Assembly: GCA_039811685.1 (NCBI GenBank)
Contig: JBDHZC010000001.1
Coordinates: 96,001-160,000 of the forward strand
Length of the DNA: 64,000 nt
Direction of reading: 5' to 3'
DNA from: Armatimonadota bacterium
GTDB lineage: Bacteria; Armatimonadota; UBA5829; DSUL01
The stretch's first letter is position 1. The number at the start of each line of letters is the position of its first letter. Below are positions 9,614-18,874 of the stretch, one piece after another. A program made the translations under genes and the position numbers. The notes below the pieces were generated by a model. It did no database searches, was not told the origin of the DNA, and saw nothing but the letters and a program-made list of their open reading frames with translations.

Positions 9614-11590
9614 CTACATCAACGCCAGCGCGTCAATTTGCGCGAGAACCTGTGCGTCAGTGAAGCCACGCAGCTCGATGCAGTTTCCTCTACACCCAGC
9701 CGCGCACGTTCCACAACCATGACACAGACTCTCATTCACCTTTGCTGCAAGCCGTATCTGTTTGGTTTTAGCATCCTGAATCTCGACGATTTCGATTGCC
9801 GTGAACGGACACACGCCCGCGCACAACTGGCAAGCCACGCACCGCGCCTGGTCAACTGTTGCGATCATCGGCTCAGAGCGCAGATGCGGCCTGGCAAACA
9901 GCCCTGTGACCTTTGAAGCGGCTCCGGAAGCCTGGGCTACCGTGTCTGGTATGTCTTTCGGGTATTGACACGCACCGGCAAGATAGATGCCTGCGCTCAG
10001 CACCTCAACTGGCTTCAGCTTGGGGTGGGCCTCTGAAAACCAGTTGTGCTGATCTGTAGAAATGCCCAGCATACGCGCAAGGTTTTTCGCGTCAGGCTGC
10101 GGCTCCATAGCGGTCGCCAGTACGACCATGTCCGCTTCGATTTGTACCTGCTTGCCGAGCAGTGTATCTGCTCCTTTGACCACGACTTTGTCGCCGTCCT
10201 GATAGATACGCGACACACGCCCGCGGATGTAGTTAGCGCCGTACTCTTCGATTGCCCGCCTGGAAAACTCTTCGTATCCCTTTCCGTTAGCGCGGATGTC
10301 CATATAAAAAACGTACATTTGCGCGTCGTGAAGCTTCTCCTTGAGGAGCAGGGCGTGCTTTGCCGTGTACATACAGCACACCTTGCTGCAGTAGGAGTGT
10401 CCATGATTTTCGTCCCGCGATCCTACGCAGGCGACGAAGACGACACTCCGTGGTACTTTCCCGTCAGAGGGCCTAACGATTTTGCCCTCTGTGGGGCCTG
10501 AAGCGTTCATCAGACGTTCAAGTTGAATCCCGGAGATGACGTCAGGAATCTGTCCGTACCCGTACTCGCCAATCTGCCGGTGGTCCCACATGTTGAAGCC
10601 AGTCGCCACCACGATAGCGCCAAACTCCTCCATGGTCACCTGATCCTGCTGCTCGTAGTCTACTGCTCCTGTCGGGCACACCTTCGCGCACACACCGCAC
10701 TTCTGATCGTTCCAGAGGCGGCAGTGCTCGCGATCTATGACCGGAATGTTGGGCACTGCCTGGGGAAAGGGCACATACATAGCGCGCCGCTGCCCCATGT
10801 CTTCTTCGAACTCGCTGTTCACGCGCACGGGACATTTTGTTGTGCACAAGCCGCATCCGGTGCACTTTGATTCATCAACGCTCTTGGCTTTCTGGCGGAT
10901 GGCAACTCTAAAATTTCCGACAAAGCCGCTGACTTCTTCAACCTCCGCATAGGTACGAATATCTATATGCGGGTGTGACACGCAGTCCACCATTTTTGGC
11001 GTGAGGATGCAGGCTGCGCAGTCGAGCGTGGGAAACGTCTTGTCGTACTGCGCCATCCGACCGCCGATGCTGGGGGTGCGCTCAACCAGTGTGACCGGAT
11101 AGCCGGCGTCAGCAATGTCGAGCGCTGCCTGAATACCCGCAATGCCTCCTCCTATAACCAGCGCCCGCTTTGTCAGCGGAATCTGATTCTGGAAGAGCGG
11201 GAAATCTCGTCGGACTTTTGCCACCAGCATGCGGATGATGTCAATGGCTTTTTCTGTAGCTTTTTCCCTGTCATCGTGGACCCAGGAGACATGCTCCCGT
11301 ATGTTGGCCATCTCGACCATATAAGGGTTCAGGCCGGCCTCAGCGATGCATCTCTGAAAAGTCGCTTCGTGCAGGCGCGGAGAGCAGGAGGCGATAACAA
11401 TGCGATCCAGTTTGTGCTCGTGAATGGCTTCTTTGACCAGGTTCTGGCCTGGCTCCGAGCACATGTATTTGTAGTCCGTGGCGAAAACGACGCCCGGCAT
11501 AGAGGCGGCTGCTTCAGCCGCTCTTGCTACATCAACTGTTTTTGCAATGTTCGATCCGCACCAGCAGACGAACACGCCGACTCGAGACAT
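9614..11590 (-). CDS. hdrA: Heterodisulfide reductase subunit A
   Basis: VFVCWCGSNI, SCSPRLHE, ANIREH, GGGIAG, KTFPTLDCAACIL, CVGSRD..YCSKVCCMY, GACQYPKDI and ferredoxin motifs. Confidence 0.97.
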   Translation of the reverse strand: MSRVGVFVCWCGSNIAKTVDVARAAEAAASMPGVVFATDYKYMCSEPGQNLVKEAIHEHKLDRIVIASCSPRLHEATFQRCIAEAGLNPYMVEMANIREHVSWVHDDREKATEKAIDIIRMLVAKVRRDFPLFQNQIPLTKRALVIGGGIAGIQAALDIADAGYPVTLVERTPSIGGRMAQYDKTFPTLDCAACILTPKMVDCVSHPHIDIRTYAEVEEVSGFVGNFRVAIRQKAKSVDESKCTGCGLCTTKCPVRVNSEFEEDMGQRRAMYVPFPQAVPNIPVIDREHCRLWNDQKCGVCAKVCPTGAVDYEQQDQVTMEEFGAIVVATGFNMWDHRQIGEYGYGQIPDVISGIQLERLMNASGPTEGKIVRPSDGKVPRSVVFVACVGSRDENHGHSYCSKVCCMYTAKHALLLKEKLHDAQMYVFYMDIRANGKGYEEFSRRAIEEYGANYIRGRVSRIYQDGDKVVVKGADTLLGKQVQIEADMVVLATAMEPQPDAKNLARMLGISTDQHNWFSEAHPKLKPVEVLSAGIYLAGACQYPKDIPDTVAQASGAASKVTGLFARPHLRSEPMIATVDQARCVACQLCAGVCPFTAIEIVEIQDAKTKQIRLAAKVNESLCHGCGTCAAGCRGNCIELRGFTDAQVLAQIDALALM

Positions 11591-11666
11591 TGACTTAGCC
11601 CTGATTAGTTGTTGTCAACTGCACTTTTGCCGTCCAAAGTGTCACTGTCCATCCGTGTCTTAGCGC

Positions 11667-12596
11667 CTATGGCAGGCTCACCAGAGCCGGATCAGACATG
11701 TCCTGTACGGCGGCCAGGCGTCGAATCACCCCTCCAGCGTTGACCATGTGCATCCTCAGCCATGACTCAACACCGGGCAGACTCATCGCCAGCCCCATCA
11801 TCTCAGTGAAATAAAGAACCGGGAGGCCTATCTGCTGTCCGCTCACCTTCTCAATGGTGGCCTGCCGCATGTCCAGATTCGCCATACAAAGTGGACATGC
11901 GCACACAATGCACTCAGCCCCACAACGCTTTGCCATCCGAAGCACGTCACCGGTCAGCTTCATGACTATGTCCGTGCGTGTCAGAGAAAAACTTGCTCCG
12001 CAGCACTCCGTTTTGTGCGGCCACGCTACAGGTTCGGCTCCCAGCGCCGCCACCAACTGATCCAGAATCTGCGGGTCCTCCGGCCGGTCAAAGGCGACGG
12101 CATCAGGTGGGCGAACCATCAGACAACCGTAATAGCAGGCGGCTTTCAGCCCGTCCAGAGGCCGTACAACCTTCTCCTTGATGGCTTCCAGTCCGGCGTC
12201 ATTGATGACGATGTCCAGCAGGGTCCGCACGTTTGCGCTGCCATCGTAAGACTGCGAGAGCGCTGTCTCGACGCGTTGGCGAAGCTCGGCCTCTTCGCGA
12301 ATGCGCATATTGGCGACGGCGAGCCGGTTGAAGCACGCGGCGCATGGCACTGCGACATCCATCTGCATTTTGCAGGCAATGGCCAGGTTTCGGGCTGGTA
12401 GCGCTGCGCTCAGCAAATTGTCTGTGCCGTGCGCTGAGCTCGCTCCACAGCAGTTCCAGTCCGGAATTTCCACCAGGTCCATACCAAGCGCCGAACAGAC
12501 AGCGTCAATGGACAGTCCGTAATCTCTGGCCGTTCCGTGGATGGAGCATCCGGGGTAATAGGCGTATGTCAGCTCGCTGTTGTTACTGGCGCCCAT
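11667..12596 (-). CDS. hdrB: Heterodisulfide reductase subunit B
   Basis: YYPGC, DWNCCGA, PCAACF, YYGC, ECCGAS, ACPLC (two CCG domains); GGAGAGG SD before ATG 12596. Confidence 0.95.
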   Translation of the reverse strand: MGASNNSELTYAYYPGCSIHGTARDYGLSIDAVCSALGMDLVEIPDWNCCGASSAHGTDNLLSAALPARNLAIACKMQMDVAVPCAACFNRLAVANMRIREEAELRQRVETALSQSYDGSANVRTLLDIVINDAGLEAIKEKVVRPLDGLKAACYYGCLMVRPPDAVAFDRPEDPQILDQLVAALGAEPVAWPHKTECCGASFSLTRTDIVMKLTGDVLRMAKRCGAECIVCACPLCMANLDMRQATIEKVSGQQIGLPVLYFTEMMGLAMSLPGVESWLRMHMVNAGGVIRRLAAVQDMSDPALVSLP

Positions 12597-13197
12597 TGTC
12601 CTCTCCTGGAGTCTGAGCTTCGCCAAAAATAGCCTGGACAGCCGCCTTATCTTTAACCGGGTCGGGCAGGGGGTTGAGTCGGCCTTTCTTGAGAAGCGCC
12701 AGTCCGAGCGGAATGTCTTTGGTCAGCTTGCCGGTTTTCAGTTTAAGCGCCGCAATGAGCCCGGCTTCGTGCATTCTGCCGCTTTTTCTTATGCTGGACA
12801 GAAAAACCTCGTGGAAGCTCTGAACGTCCGTTTCTGGAGATTTGACATGGCGTTTGCTGGCCATCTGGCGGAGAGCATCCATAATCGCGCACAGATCAAC
12901 ATTCTTCGGACACCGCGTCGCACACGTTTCACATCCAACGCAGATCCAGATGGAGTTACAGGACAGCGCTTCCTCTGCCATCCCCAGTTGAACCAGCCTG
13001 GAGACCTGATTCGGCTTGAAGTCCATTGCGAAGGCGGTGGGACATCCTGCAGTGCACTCGCCGCACTGATAGCAGAGAGAGACGTTCTGGCCACTCAGCG
13101 AGTTGACCCGCTCGAAAAACTCCGGGTCGGATCGGTGTCCCCCTACAGTCAGATTCGAGAGATCGTTCGCAGTTTTGTCAGGAGTGTCATCAGACAA
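12583..13197 (-). CDS. hdrC: Heterodisulfide reductase subunit C
   Basis: CYQCGECTAGCP and WICVGCETCATRCP; overlaps the hdrB start. Confidence 0.95.
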   Translation of the reverse strand: MSDDTPDKTANDLSNLTVGGHRSDPEFFERVNSLSGQNVSLCYQCGECTAGCPTAFAMDFKPNQVSRLVQLGMAEEALSCNSIWICVGCETCATRCPKNVDLCAIMDALRQMASKRHVKSPETDVQSFHEVFLSSIRKSGRMHEAGLIAALKLKTGKLTKDIPLGLALLKKGRLNPLPDPVKDKAAVQAIFGEAQTPGEDNGRQ

Positions 13198-13269
13198 CGT
13201 TTCACCCGTTCCTTCTCACGGTTCGGAACGGCCCGTGCCACGCCGACCGGGCTTATGAGTGACACTACA

Positions 13270-13299
13270 ATTGTCAGATGTTTACGCTATTCTGACAAT
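13270..13299 (-). promoter_or_regulatory. Putative sigma70 promoter of hdr-flx operon coinciding with a 9-bp inverted repeat
   Basis: Minus strand TTGTCA-17 nt-GACAAT; plus strand ATTGTCAGA-N12-TCTGACAAT. Confidence 0.55.
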
Positions 13300-13396
13300 C
13301 GCCTAATAGTACGTTGATCTGACTACGGAAGTTGGTAGCGGTTGTGGCTCGTCAGTACTGTCTCTTAGTGGGACTTTTGCTCCAGGCCGGTTTGCC

Positions 13397-13738
13397 TCAG
13401 CCTTGAGAAACGGGTTCAATAACGACAGCCGTGCCGTACGTGAGCACTTCTGTCACCCCGTCTGTGACGTCGTTGGCGTCGTAGCGCACCCCGATTATGG
13501 CATTAGCGCCGACCTGAGAGGCGTGAGTCATCATCAGGTCAAAGGCTTCCTGTCTGGCAGTCTCACAAAGCTCTGTGTAGAGGGTGATATTGCCGCCGAA
13601 TATCTGCTGTACGCTTGCGCCGATCTGACCCAGAGCGCTACGGGAGCGCACAGTTACACCGCGTACAATGCCCAGATAGCGCACAATCCGAAATCCTTGA
13701 AAATCAAATGTCGTTGTGCACCACTCTCTTAAGACCAT
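13397..13738 (-). CDS. YbjQ / UPF0145 family protein
   Basis: YLGIVRG, FGGNITLYTEL, GANAIIGVRYD, EVLTYGTAV. Confidence 0.9.
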   Translation of the reverse strand: MVLREWCTTTFDFQGFRIVRYLGIVRGVTVRSRSALGQIGASVQQIFGGNITLYTELCETARQEAFDLMMTHASQVGANAIIGVRYDANDVTDGVTEVLTYGTAVVIEPVSQG

Positions 13739-13803
13739 AGTCAGATGCCTTTCATTTCGTTGGTAAGAAACTGCTTATGGTATTCCACGCTTTCCGCGTG
13801 CGC

Positions 13804-15105
13804 TCACCTGGCCTGAGACTCCTGCAGCCGCAGTAGCGCGCCCTGTCCCGGCGCAAGCCAGTATCCGTTTTCGGTGTCCAGCGCTTTCAGCGATCCGTCA
13901 ACAGCGGAGATGACTTCGGCGCTGCGGTCCTTCTCTGTCCACTGCGGCGCTATATTTGCCGATTTTTCAAGGCTCAGGTTCACGATCATCGCATAGTCGC
14001 TGCCGTCTTTCGCCCGGAACTCACCGATCATCAAAGCAGGCGCTTCCTCGCTGAATCCCGACAGCGACGCACGGGACACAACCGACCGCACCAGCCTGCC
14101 AGGCAAAGGTGGAAGGCCGTCTGCCGGGGCTGGCCGGGTGAAGAAGACGCCGGTTGAGTCCATCCGGTTCATCAATGGTCCCAGAGTCTTCACCTGCCTG
14201 TTCACCATCTGCAGATAGAACCAGGTGTCCGTGCGCGCGCCGGCCTTATCAATGGGAGCGTAGTCGTATCCGCGCTGGTGGTAGGTGTACCAGGCCAGCC
14301 CGCGCGCGCCGGCGGCCAGCGTGGTATAGGCTTGAAGCATCAGGTTTGCGGGAGAGGGCGCCGTCGTCCACGGACGGATGCGATTGGAGCACGCCGTGTT
14401 CCAGAAGGGTAGCCCGCTCTTCTGAGCGATGCGGCGAACTTCCATGAGGTCTGTAAAATACACCCCTCCCAAATCCCGGTTTTGCAGGTTGTCCGATATG
14501 AAAATCCTGTAGTTGTCGTAGCTCAGAAATTGGGGTTGAACTTCGCGCACAAAGCGCTCCAGATACTCAGTGAAGCTCGCTGCGCCAAGTTGTGACTGAT
14601 CTGGCGCTCCGATGGTTGCGTATCCGGGAAACAAGTTGATGTAGGCCAGCTTGCCCGGCGCATGCGTCTTGACGGCTCTTACCGCCTCAGCCAGCGCAGC
14701 GAACCTGGATGTTCCCGGCTCATCCATGATGTAATAGCCTAGCACCTCCGGCTCTTCCCTGGTCGTTTGAACCCACGCCCCCACTTCGCCATCTACCGCA
14801 TCCAGTTGTACGCCCAGCCACTTCTTCTTCCACGGCTCAAGCTGCGGAGGGGCGATAATCGCCTTCAGGCTGACGCGCTTGCACACCGGCAGGTCTTTAG
14901 CCTCCACGAATCCCGCTACAGTAAAATTGCACGCAGCCACACTCTCAAGCGGATGCTGAAAGCCCTTGACGGGAAGTTCCCAGCCCTGCAGACCATCCCA
15001 GGGCATAATCGGAAAGAAATCCTCCGCCAAAGCTCCCGCCGCCGCAGGGGCCGCCAGTGCCATCAAAGCAACCAACCACCACAGATGTATCAATGCCCTT
15101 CTCAT
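13804..15105 (-). CDS. Secreted TIM-barrel glycoside-hydrolase-like protein
   Basis: Signal peptide MRRALIHLWWLVALMALAAPAAA; GYYIMDEP, YINLFP, LSYDNY; ATGA overlap with the ABC permease stop. Confidence 0.6.
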   Translation of the reverse strand: MRRALIHLWWLVALMALAAPAAAGALAEDFFPIMPWDGLQGWELPVKGFQHPLESVAACNFTVAGFVEAKDLPVCKRVSLKAIIAPPQLEPWKKKWLGVQLDAVDGEVGAWVQTTREEPEVLGYYIMDEPGTSRFAALAEAVRAVKTHAPGKLAYINLFPGYATIGAPDQSQLGAASFTEYLERFVREVQPQFLSYDNYRIFISDNLQNRDLGGVYFTDLMEVRRIAQKSGLPFWNTACSNRIRPWTTAPSPANLMLQAYTTLAAGARGLAWYTYHQRGYDYAPIDKAGARTDTWFYLQMVNRQVKTLGPLMNRMDSTGVFFTRPAPADGLPPLPGRLVRSVVSRASLSGFSEEAPALMIGEFRAKDGSDYAMIVNLSLEKSANIAPQWTEKDRSAEVISAVDGSLKALDTENGYWLAPGQGALLRLQESQAR

Positions 15106-15938
15106 CCTTTCATTCCTGTCAGGGTAATGCCCTCGATGAACTGTTTCTGCGCCAGAAAGAACACTGCTACAAGCGGGAGAGTTACTACAGTCGCCGCCGC
15201 CATCAGCAGATTCCACTCAGCGCCATGCCGCCCAATGAAGCTGTAGAGTCCCAGCGCCAGAGTGTATTGTTCTGGCCGATGGAGGTAGACCAGGGGGCCC
15301 ATATAATCCATCCAGCGATTGATGAATACGAGTAGCCCGATGGTCGCCAAAGCCGGCCGAGAGAGCGGCAGGACGATTCCGGTGAATATCTGCCAGTCGC
15401 TGCAGCCGTCAATCTCCGCCGCATCCGAAAGCTCCTGTGGGATTGTCCGGAAAAACTGGCGCAGCAGGAAGATGGATATCGCTGCTCCGAAAAAGCTCGG
15501 AACGATCAATGGGAGATACGTCCCCGTCCATCCGAGCTTGCGAAAAAGGATGAAGACTGGTATCAGAGTCACCTGTTCAGGAAGCATGATAGTCGAGAGC
15601 ATCAACAGGAACAGTGCATCCCGGCCAGGCCAGCGCACGCGACTGAAGCCGTAAGCCACAAGGCTGCTGGACAATACCACGCCAAGACTGCACGTGATAG
15701 CGATGAACAGGGTATTGCCCAGATATCTGGCAAACGGGAATGCCGTCAGCGCCGCAGGATAATTCGACCATTGCGGTGTCCTCGGTATCCAGTGCACTCC
15801 CTGCGCAAAAATCTCGGTGTCCGGCTTCAGGGAGGTGGAGACCATCCACAGAAACGGCACGCAGAAGGCGCCGGCCAAAAGCGTGAGAGTGGTGTAAGAA
15901 ATGGCAGCGTTCAGGAGTTTGGCCGGGCGCTTCAGCAC
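15102..15938 (-). CDS. Carbohydrate ABC transporter permease (MalG-like)
   Basis: PFLWMVSTSLK, EAA-loop ELSDAAEIDG. Confidence 0.93.
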   Translation of the reverse strand: MLKRPAKLLNAAISYTTLTLLAGAFCVPFLWMVSTSLKPDTEIFAQGVHWIPRTPQWSNYPAALTAFPFARYLGNTLFIAITCSLGVVLSSSLVAYGFSRVRWPGRDALFLLMLSTIMLPEQVTLIPVFILFRKLGWTGTYLPLIVPSFFGAAISIFLLRQFFRTIPQELSDAAEIDGCSDWQIFTGIVLPLSRPALATIGLLVFINRWMDYMGPLVYLHRPEQYTLALGLYSFIGRHGAEWNLLMAAATVVTLPLVAVFFLAQKQFIEGITLTGMKG

Positions 15939-15940
15939 TC

Positions 15941-16822
15941 TCAGTTACCCTCGTAATAGACCCACTTCGCTGAAGATCGAAAGACAATCAGCGTACAGAT
16001 GAGCGTGATGACAAACAGCACCCACGCCAAGGCACAGGCGTACCCCATCTTGAAGTACTGGAATGCGTTATCAAAGAGATAGAGCGCATAAAACAGTGTA
16101 GAGAGCTCCGGACCTCCGCGCGTCATGATGAACGCCTGCGTGAAGTACTGAAAAGTCCCGATGACACCCGTAATTACGCTGAAGAGGATCACGGGAGAAA
16201 GCATTGGCAGTGTCACGAAGCGCGTCCTGCTCCACCAGCCAGCGCCGTCCAGATGAGCCGCTTCATAGAGATGCTCGGGAACACCCTGCAGACTCGCCAG
16301 ATAGATGACCATCGCTCCGCCGGCGCCCCAGACATCCATCAGAATAAAAGAAGGTTTGGACCACCTCGGATCGGTCAGCCAGCCAATCGAAGGTAATCCT
16401 ATGGAATTGAGCCCGGCGTTGAGAAGTCCGTATTCGCTGTTAAATATCCAGCGCCAGAGCATAGCGGTGGCTACGGCAGGAACGATGCTGGGAAGAAAGA
16501 AGAGCGTGCGATAGAGAGTGATTCCTCTCAGTCTCTGGTTCAGGAGCATGGCCAGCGCGATCGCCACCCCGATGGCAACTGGGATCTCCAGAAACATGAA
16601 CAACGTATTGAGAACCGCATAGCGCCAGAACTTCTCATCCCCAAGCAGCTCTGTGTAATTGCCCAGCCCCACAAACACAGGCGCGCGCATCAGAGGGTAG
16701 TCTGTCAGGCTCAGGTAGGCTGAAGCTATGACAGGGCCCAGCGCAAACACCACGAAGCCAATCAGCCAGGGGCTGGTAAAGGCCAGCCCGACTAACATTT
16801 TCTTTCTCGTGCGCGACGTCAT
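15941..16822 (-). CDS. Carbohydrate ABC transporter permease (MalF-like)
   Basis: FVGLGNY, LYEAAHLDGAG, MGYACA, KWVYYE. Confidence 0.93.
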   Translation of the reverse strand: MTSRTRKKMLVGLAFTSPWLIGFVVFALGPVIASAYLSLTDYPLMRAPVFVGLGNYTELLGDEKFWRYAVLNTLFMFLEIPVAIGVAIALAMLLNQRLRGITLYRTLFFLPSIVPAVATAMLWRWIFNSEYGLLNAGLNSIGLPSIGWLTDPRWSKPSFILMDVWGAGGAMVIYLASLQGVPEHLYEAAHLDGAGWWSRTRFVTLPMLSPVILFSVITGVIGTFQYFTQAFIMTRGGPELSTLFYALYLFDNAFQYFKMGYACALAWVLFVITLICTLIVFRSSAKWVYYEGN

Positions 16823-18204
16823 CGTTGGCGAGCCCTGACCGATCGTCGAAGCTCGCGCATCACCCTGACCTGTGCGTCACTCAGGGCTTTCTCGGGGGAT
16901 TTGTGCCCGTAAATGACAAAGTCCTTTGCTTCATTGAGCTCCGTCTGGTAGATGCCAGACACGGGCGTGTTCGGAAACACAAAGGCATCAGGACTGCCTG
17001 CAATCCGGCAGAACTTCCCAAAGTTGATTCTGGCTTCGCTCCCCGAGGTCAGTGAGGGGATACGCTGACAGGCCGTGACGTTTGGCACGTTGTTGATAGC
17101 CTCGGCAAAGCGAGCCTGCACCACAGAGCGCTGTAGCCAGACCAGGAAGTCCCAGGCCTCCCTTTTGTGACGTGAACCTGCGGGGATGACGCAAGGATTA
17201 CCGCCGACCACCGTAGCCATTCTGATCTCGGGTTGAGATTTTGCCGATGGGATCGGCGCGACGCGGTAGCGTCCCTGAAGGTGCGGAGCATACTTTGGAA
17301 TCCACCCTGGAATCCACTCACCAGAGATCATCATTGCGGCTTTTCCAGTGAAAAACGGGTTGTTTTCGCCTTGGGTTTGACCATAGCCGGACTCAAACGC
17401 GGTCACCCGATCTGCGCCGCCCAATGCTTCCAGCAGTCTGCCGTAATACCTGAAAGCGGCGATATTGACAGGCGCATCAGCGGTTGGCAAGTTGTTCCTG
17501 TCATCCCAGAGCTGCGCTCCAAAGGCCGCCAGCACAGCATTAATAGACGGCGCCATCAAACCCAGGCGAACCGTCCGGCCTTTTTCGTCGCGAACGCTCA
17601 GCGATCGAGCGTAGCGCAGCAGTTCGTCCAGGTCTTTTGGAGGGCGGTCTGGTGGCAGTCCGGCTGATCGAAACGCATCCATGTTCCAGAAGAGTGCCGT
17701 TGCGTCCAGGAGCAGCGGGAGCGCATACAGCTTGCCTTGCGCCTGACAGACTCTCAGTCCAGCAGGCGTCAGTTCACGGCGCTTCAGTCTGGAGGTATCC
17801 ATGTAGGAATCGAGCTGCGTCAAGGCTCCGTTGTAAGCAAGAGGTCCCAGATTGGCTGGATTCCAGAGAAATGCCAGATCTGGAGGATCGCCGGCGACGA
17901 TAGCCCGGATTGTCTTCGTGTCGTCGTTGACTCCACCCAGATTGTCCACCCACACCCTGCTCTGCTCAGTGTTGTAGCTGTCCACCAGCCGCTGGAAAGC
18001 CTGGCCCTCCTTGCCAGTCCATCCAGACCAGAGCTTGACCACTGTGGGCCCCGATGGAGTAGTCGTTTGCGGACCGCATCCGCCCACGGCTGCACTCACG
18101 GCGCCAACGATCAGGAGTCGCCCAATTTGTCGCATTATCCTGAGGCTGGAAGCAGCAAGCAGGCACACGCGCGCAGTCATGCTGGCAAGGTTCGTCACGG
18201 ACAC
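16819..18204 (-). CDS. Sugar ABC substrate-binding lipoprotein (start may be ATG 18135)
   Basis: Lipobox-like AVGGC; AGDPPD, LYALP, FFTGKAAM; ATGA overlap with permease. Confidence 0.88.
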   Translation of the reverse strand: MSVTNLASMTARVCLLAASSLRIMRQIGRLLIVGAVSAAVGGCGPQTTTPSGPTVVKLWSGWTGKEGQAFQRLVDSYNTEQSRVWVDNLGGVNDDTKTIRAIVAGDPPDLAFLWNPANLGPLAYNGALTQLDSYMDTSRLKRRELTPAGLRVCQAQGKLYALPLLLDATALFWNMDAFRSAGLPPDRPPKDLDELLRYARSLSVRDEKGRTVRLGLMAPSINAVLAAFGAQLWDDRNNLPTADAPVNIAAFRYYGRLLEALGGADRVTAFESGYGQTQGENNPFFTGKAAMMISGEWIPGWIPKYAPHLQGRYRVAPIPSAKSQPEIRMATVVGGNPCVIPAGSRHKREAWDFLVWLQRSVVQARFAEAINNVPNVTACQRIPSLTSGSEARINFGKFCRIAGSPDAFVFPNTPVSGIYQTELNEAKDFVIYGHKSPEKALSDAQVRVMRELRRSVRARQR

Positions 18205-18342
18205 TCAAATCCCTGCGTCTAGCGCTCTGAAGAAGGAGGACTGGCGGTCGGGGTTTTCAGTGTGCACGGAGGCCCGTGCGCCTCACTGACTGGCGGTCCA
18301 GTTTTCCGCAGAGCGCGTGTGTTATTAGCTGCTTCGGAGATT

Positions 18343-18834
18343 TCAGCGCTCGTGGGCGTTTCCGGGCTTTTCTCCACTGGATGGCGCGCGCTTGATGTGC
18401 TGTTTCATGATCGGCTCCACGCCAGCTCCGAACTGCTGTACCAACTCCGAGCCGAGATACCCCGCACGCAACACACTGATAACAGCAATCAGCAGAAAAC
18501 CAAGATAGACAGTGGAACCGGCGCGGCGGATAGCCGGGCGCGCGTCCACAACGATGCGTCCGATGACCAGCACTCCCGTCAGCACAAGTGTCAGGACACC
18601 CGCCTGCATATGAGTGCGAATATGTGGCTCAATGTTGGGGATTGACCTGGCGGCTGACTGCGCCTGCAAACCGGTGAAGTAGGACGCCACAAGGCCGAAC
18701 AGCGCCAGAATCAGACAGTAGAAGCCCGCTTTGCGAAAAGACTCATCCTTGGTCACCACTCCGAGCAGATCAAAGATGAAGCTCACTACGAGCAGGGCTA
18801 TGGGAAAGTGAACCGTAACAGGATGTATGCTCAA
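18343..18834 (-). CDS. DUF2231-type membrane protein
   Basis: IHPVTVHFPIALL ... GYLGSELV pattern; TTG start after GGAG; upstream part of the long ORF overlaps metG. Confidence 0.75.
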   Translation of the reverse strand: MSIHPVTVHFPIALLVVSFIFDLLGVVTKDESFRKAGFYCLILALFGLVASYFTGLQAQSAARSIPNIEPHIRTHMQAGVLTLVLTGVLVIGRIVVDARPAIRRAGSTVYLGFLLIAVISVLRAGYLGSELVQQFGAGVEPIMKQHIKRAPSSGEKPGNAHER

Positions 18835-18874
18835 AGGGTCGTCGTTCTCCCTGAAGACATTGCTGCAATCGCAA

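Noticed and set aside
8975..11590. Possible selenocysteine recoding in flxD/hdrA
   Set aside because: Both ORFs are uninterrupted with Cys at the relevant motifs.
12580..13317. 245-aa plus-strand ORF
   Set aside because: Antisense to hdrC; no recognisable domain.
15102..18204. CUT1 sugar ABC operon lacking an ATPase gene
   Set aside because: Common; such systems share an MsmK/MsiK-type ATPase encoded elsewhere.
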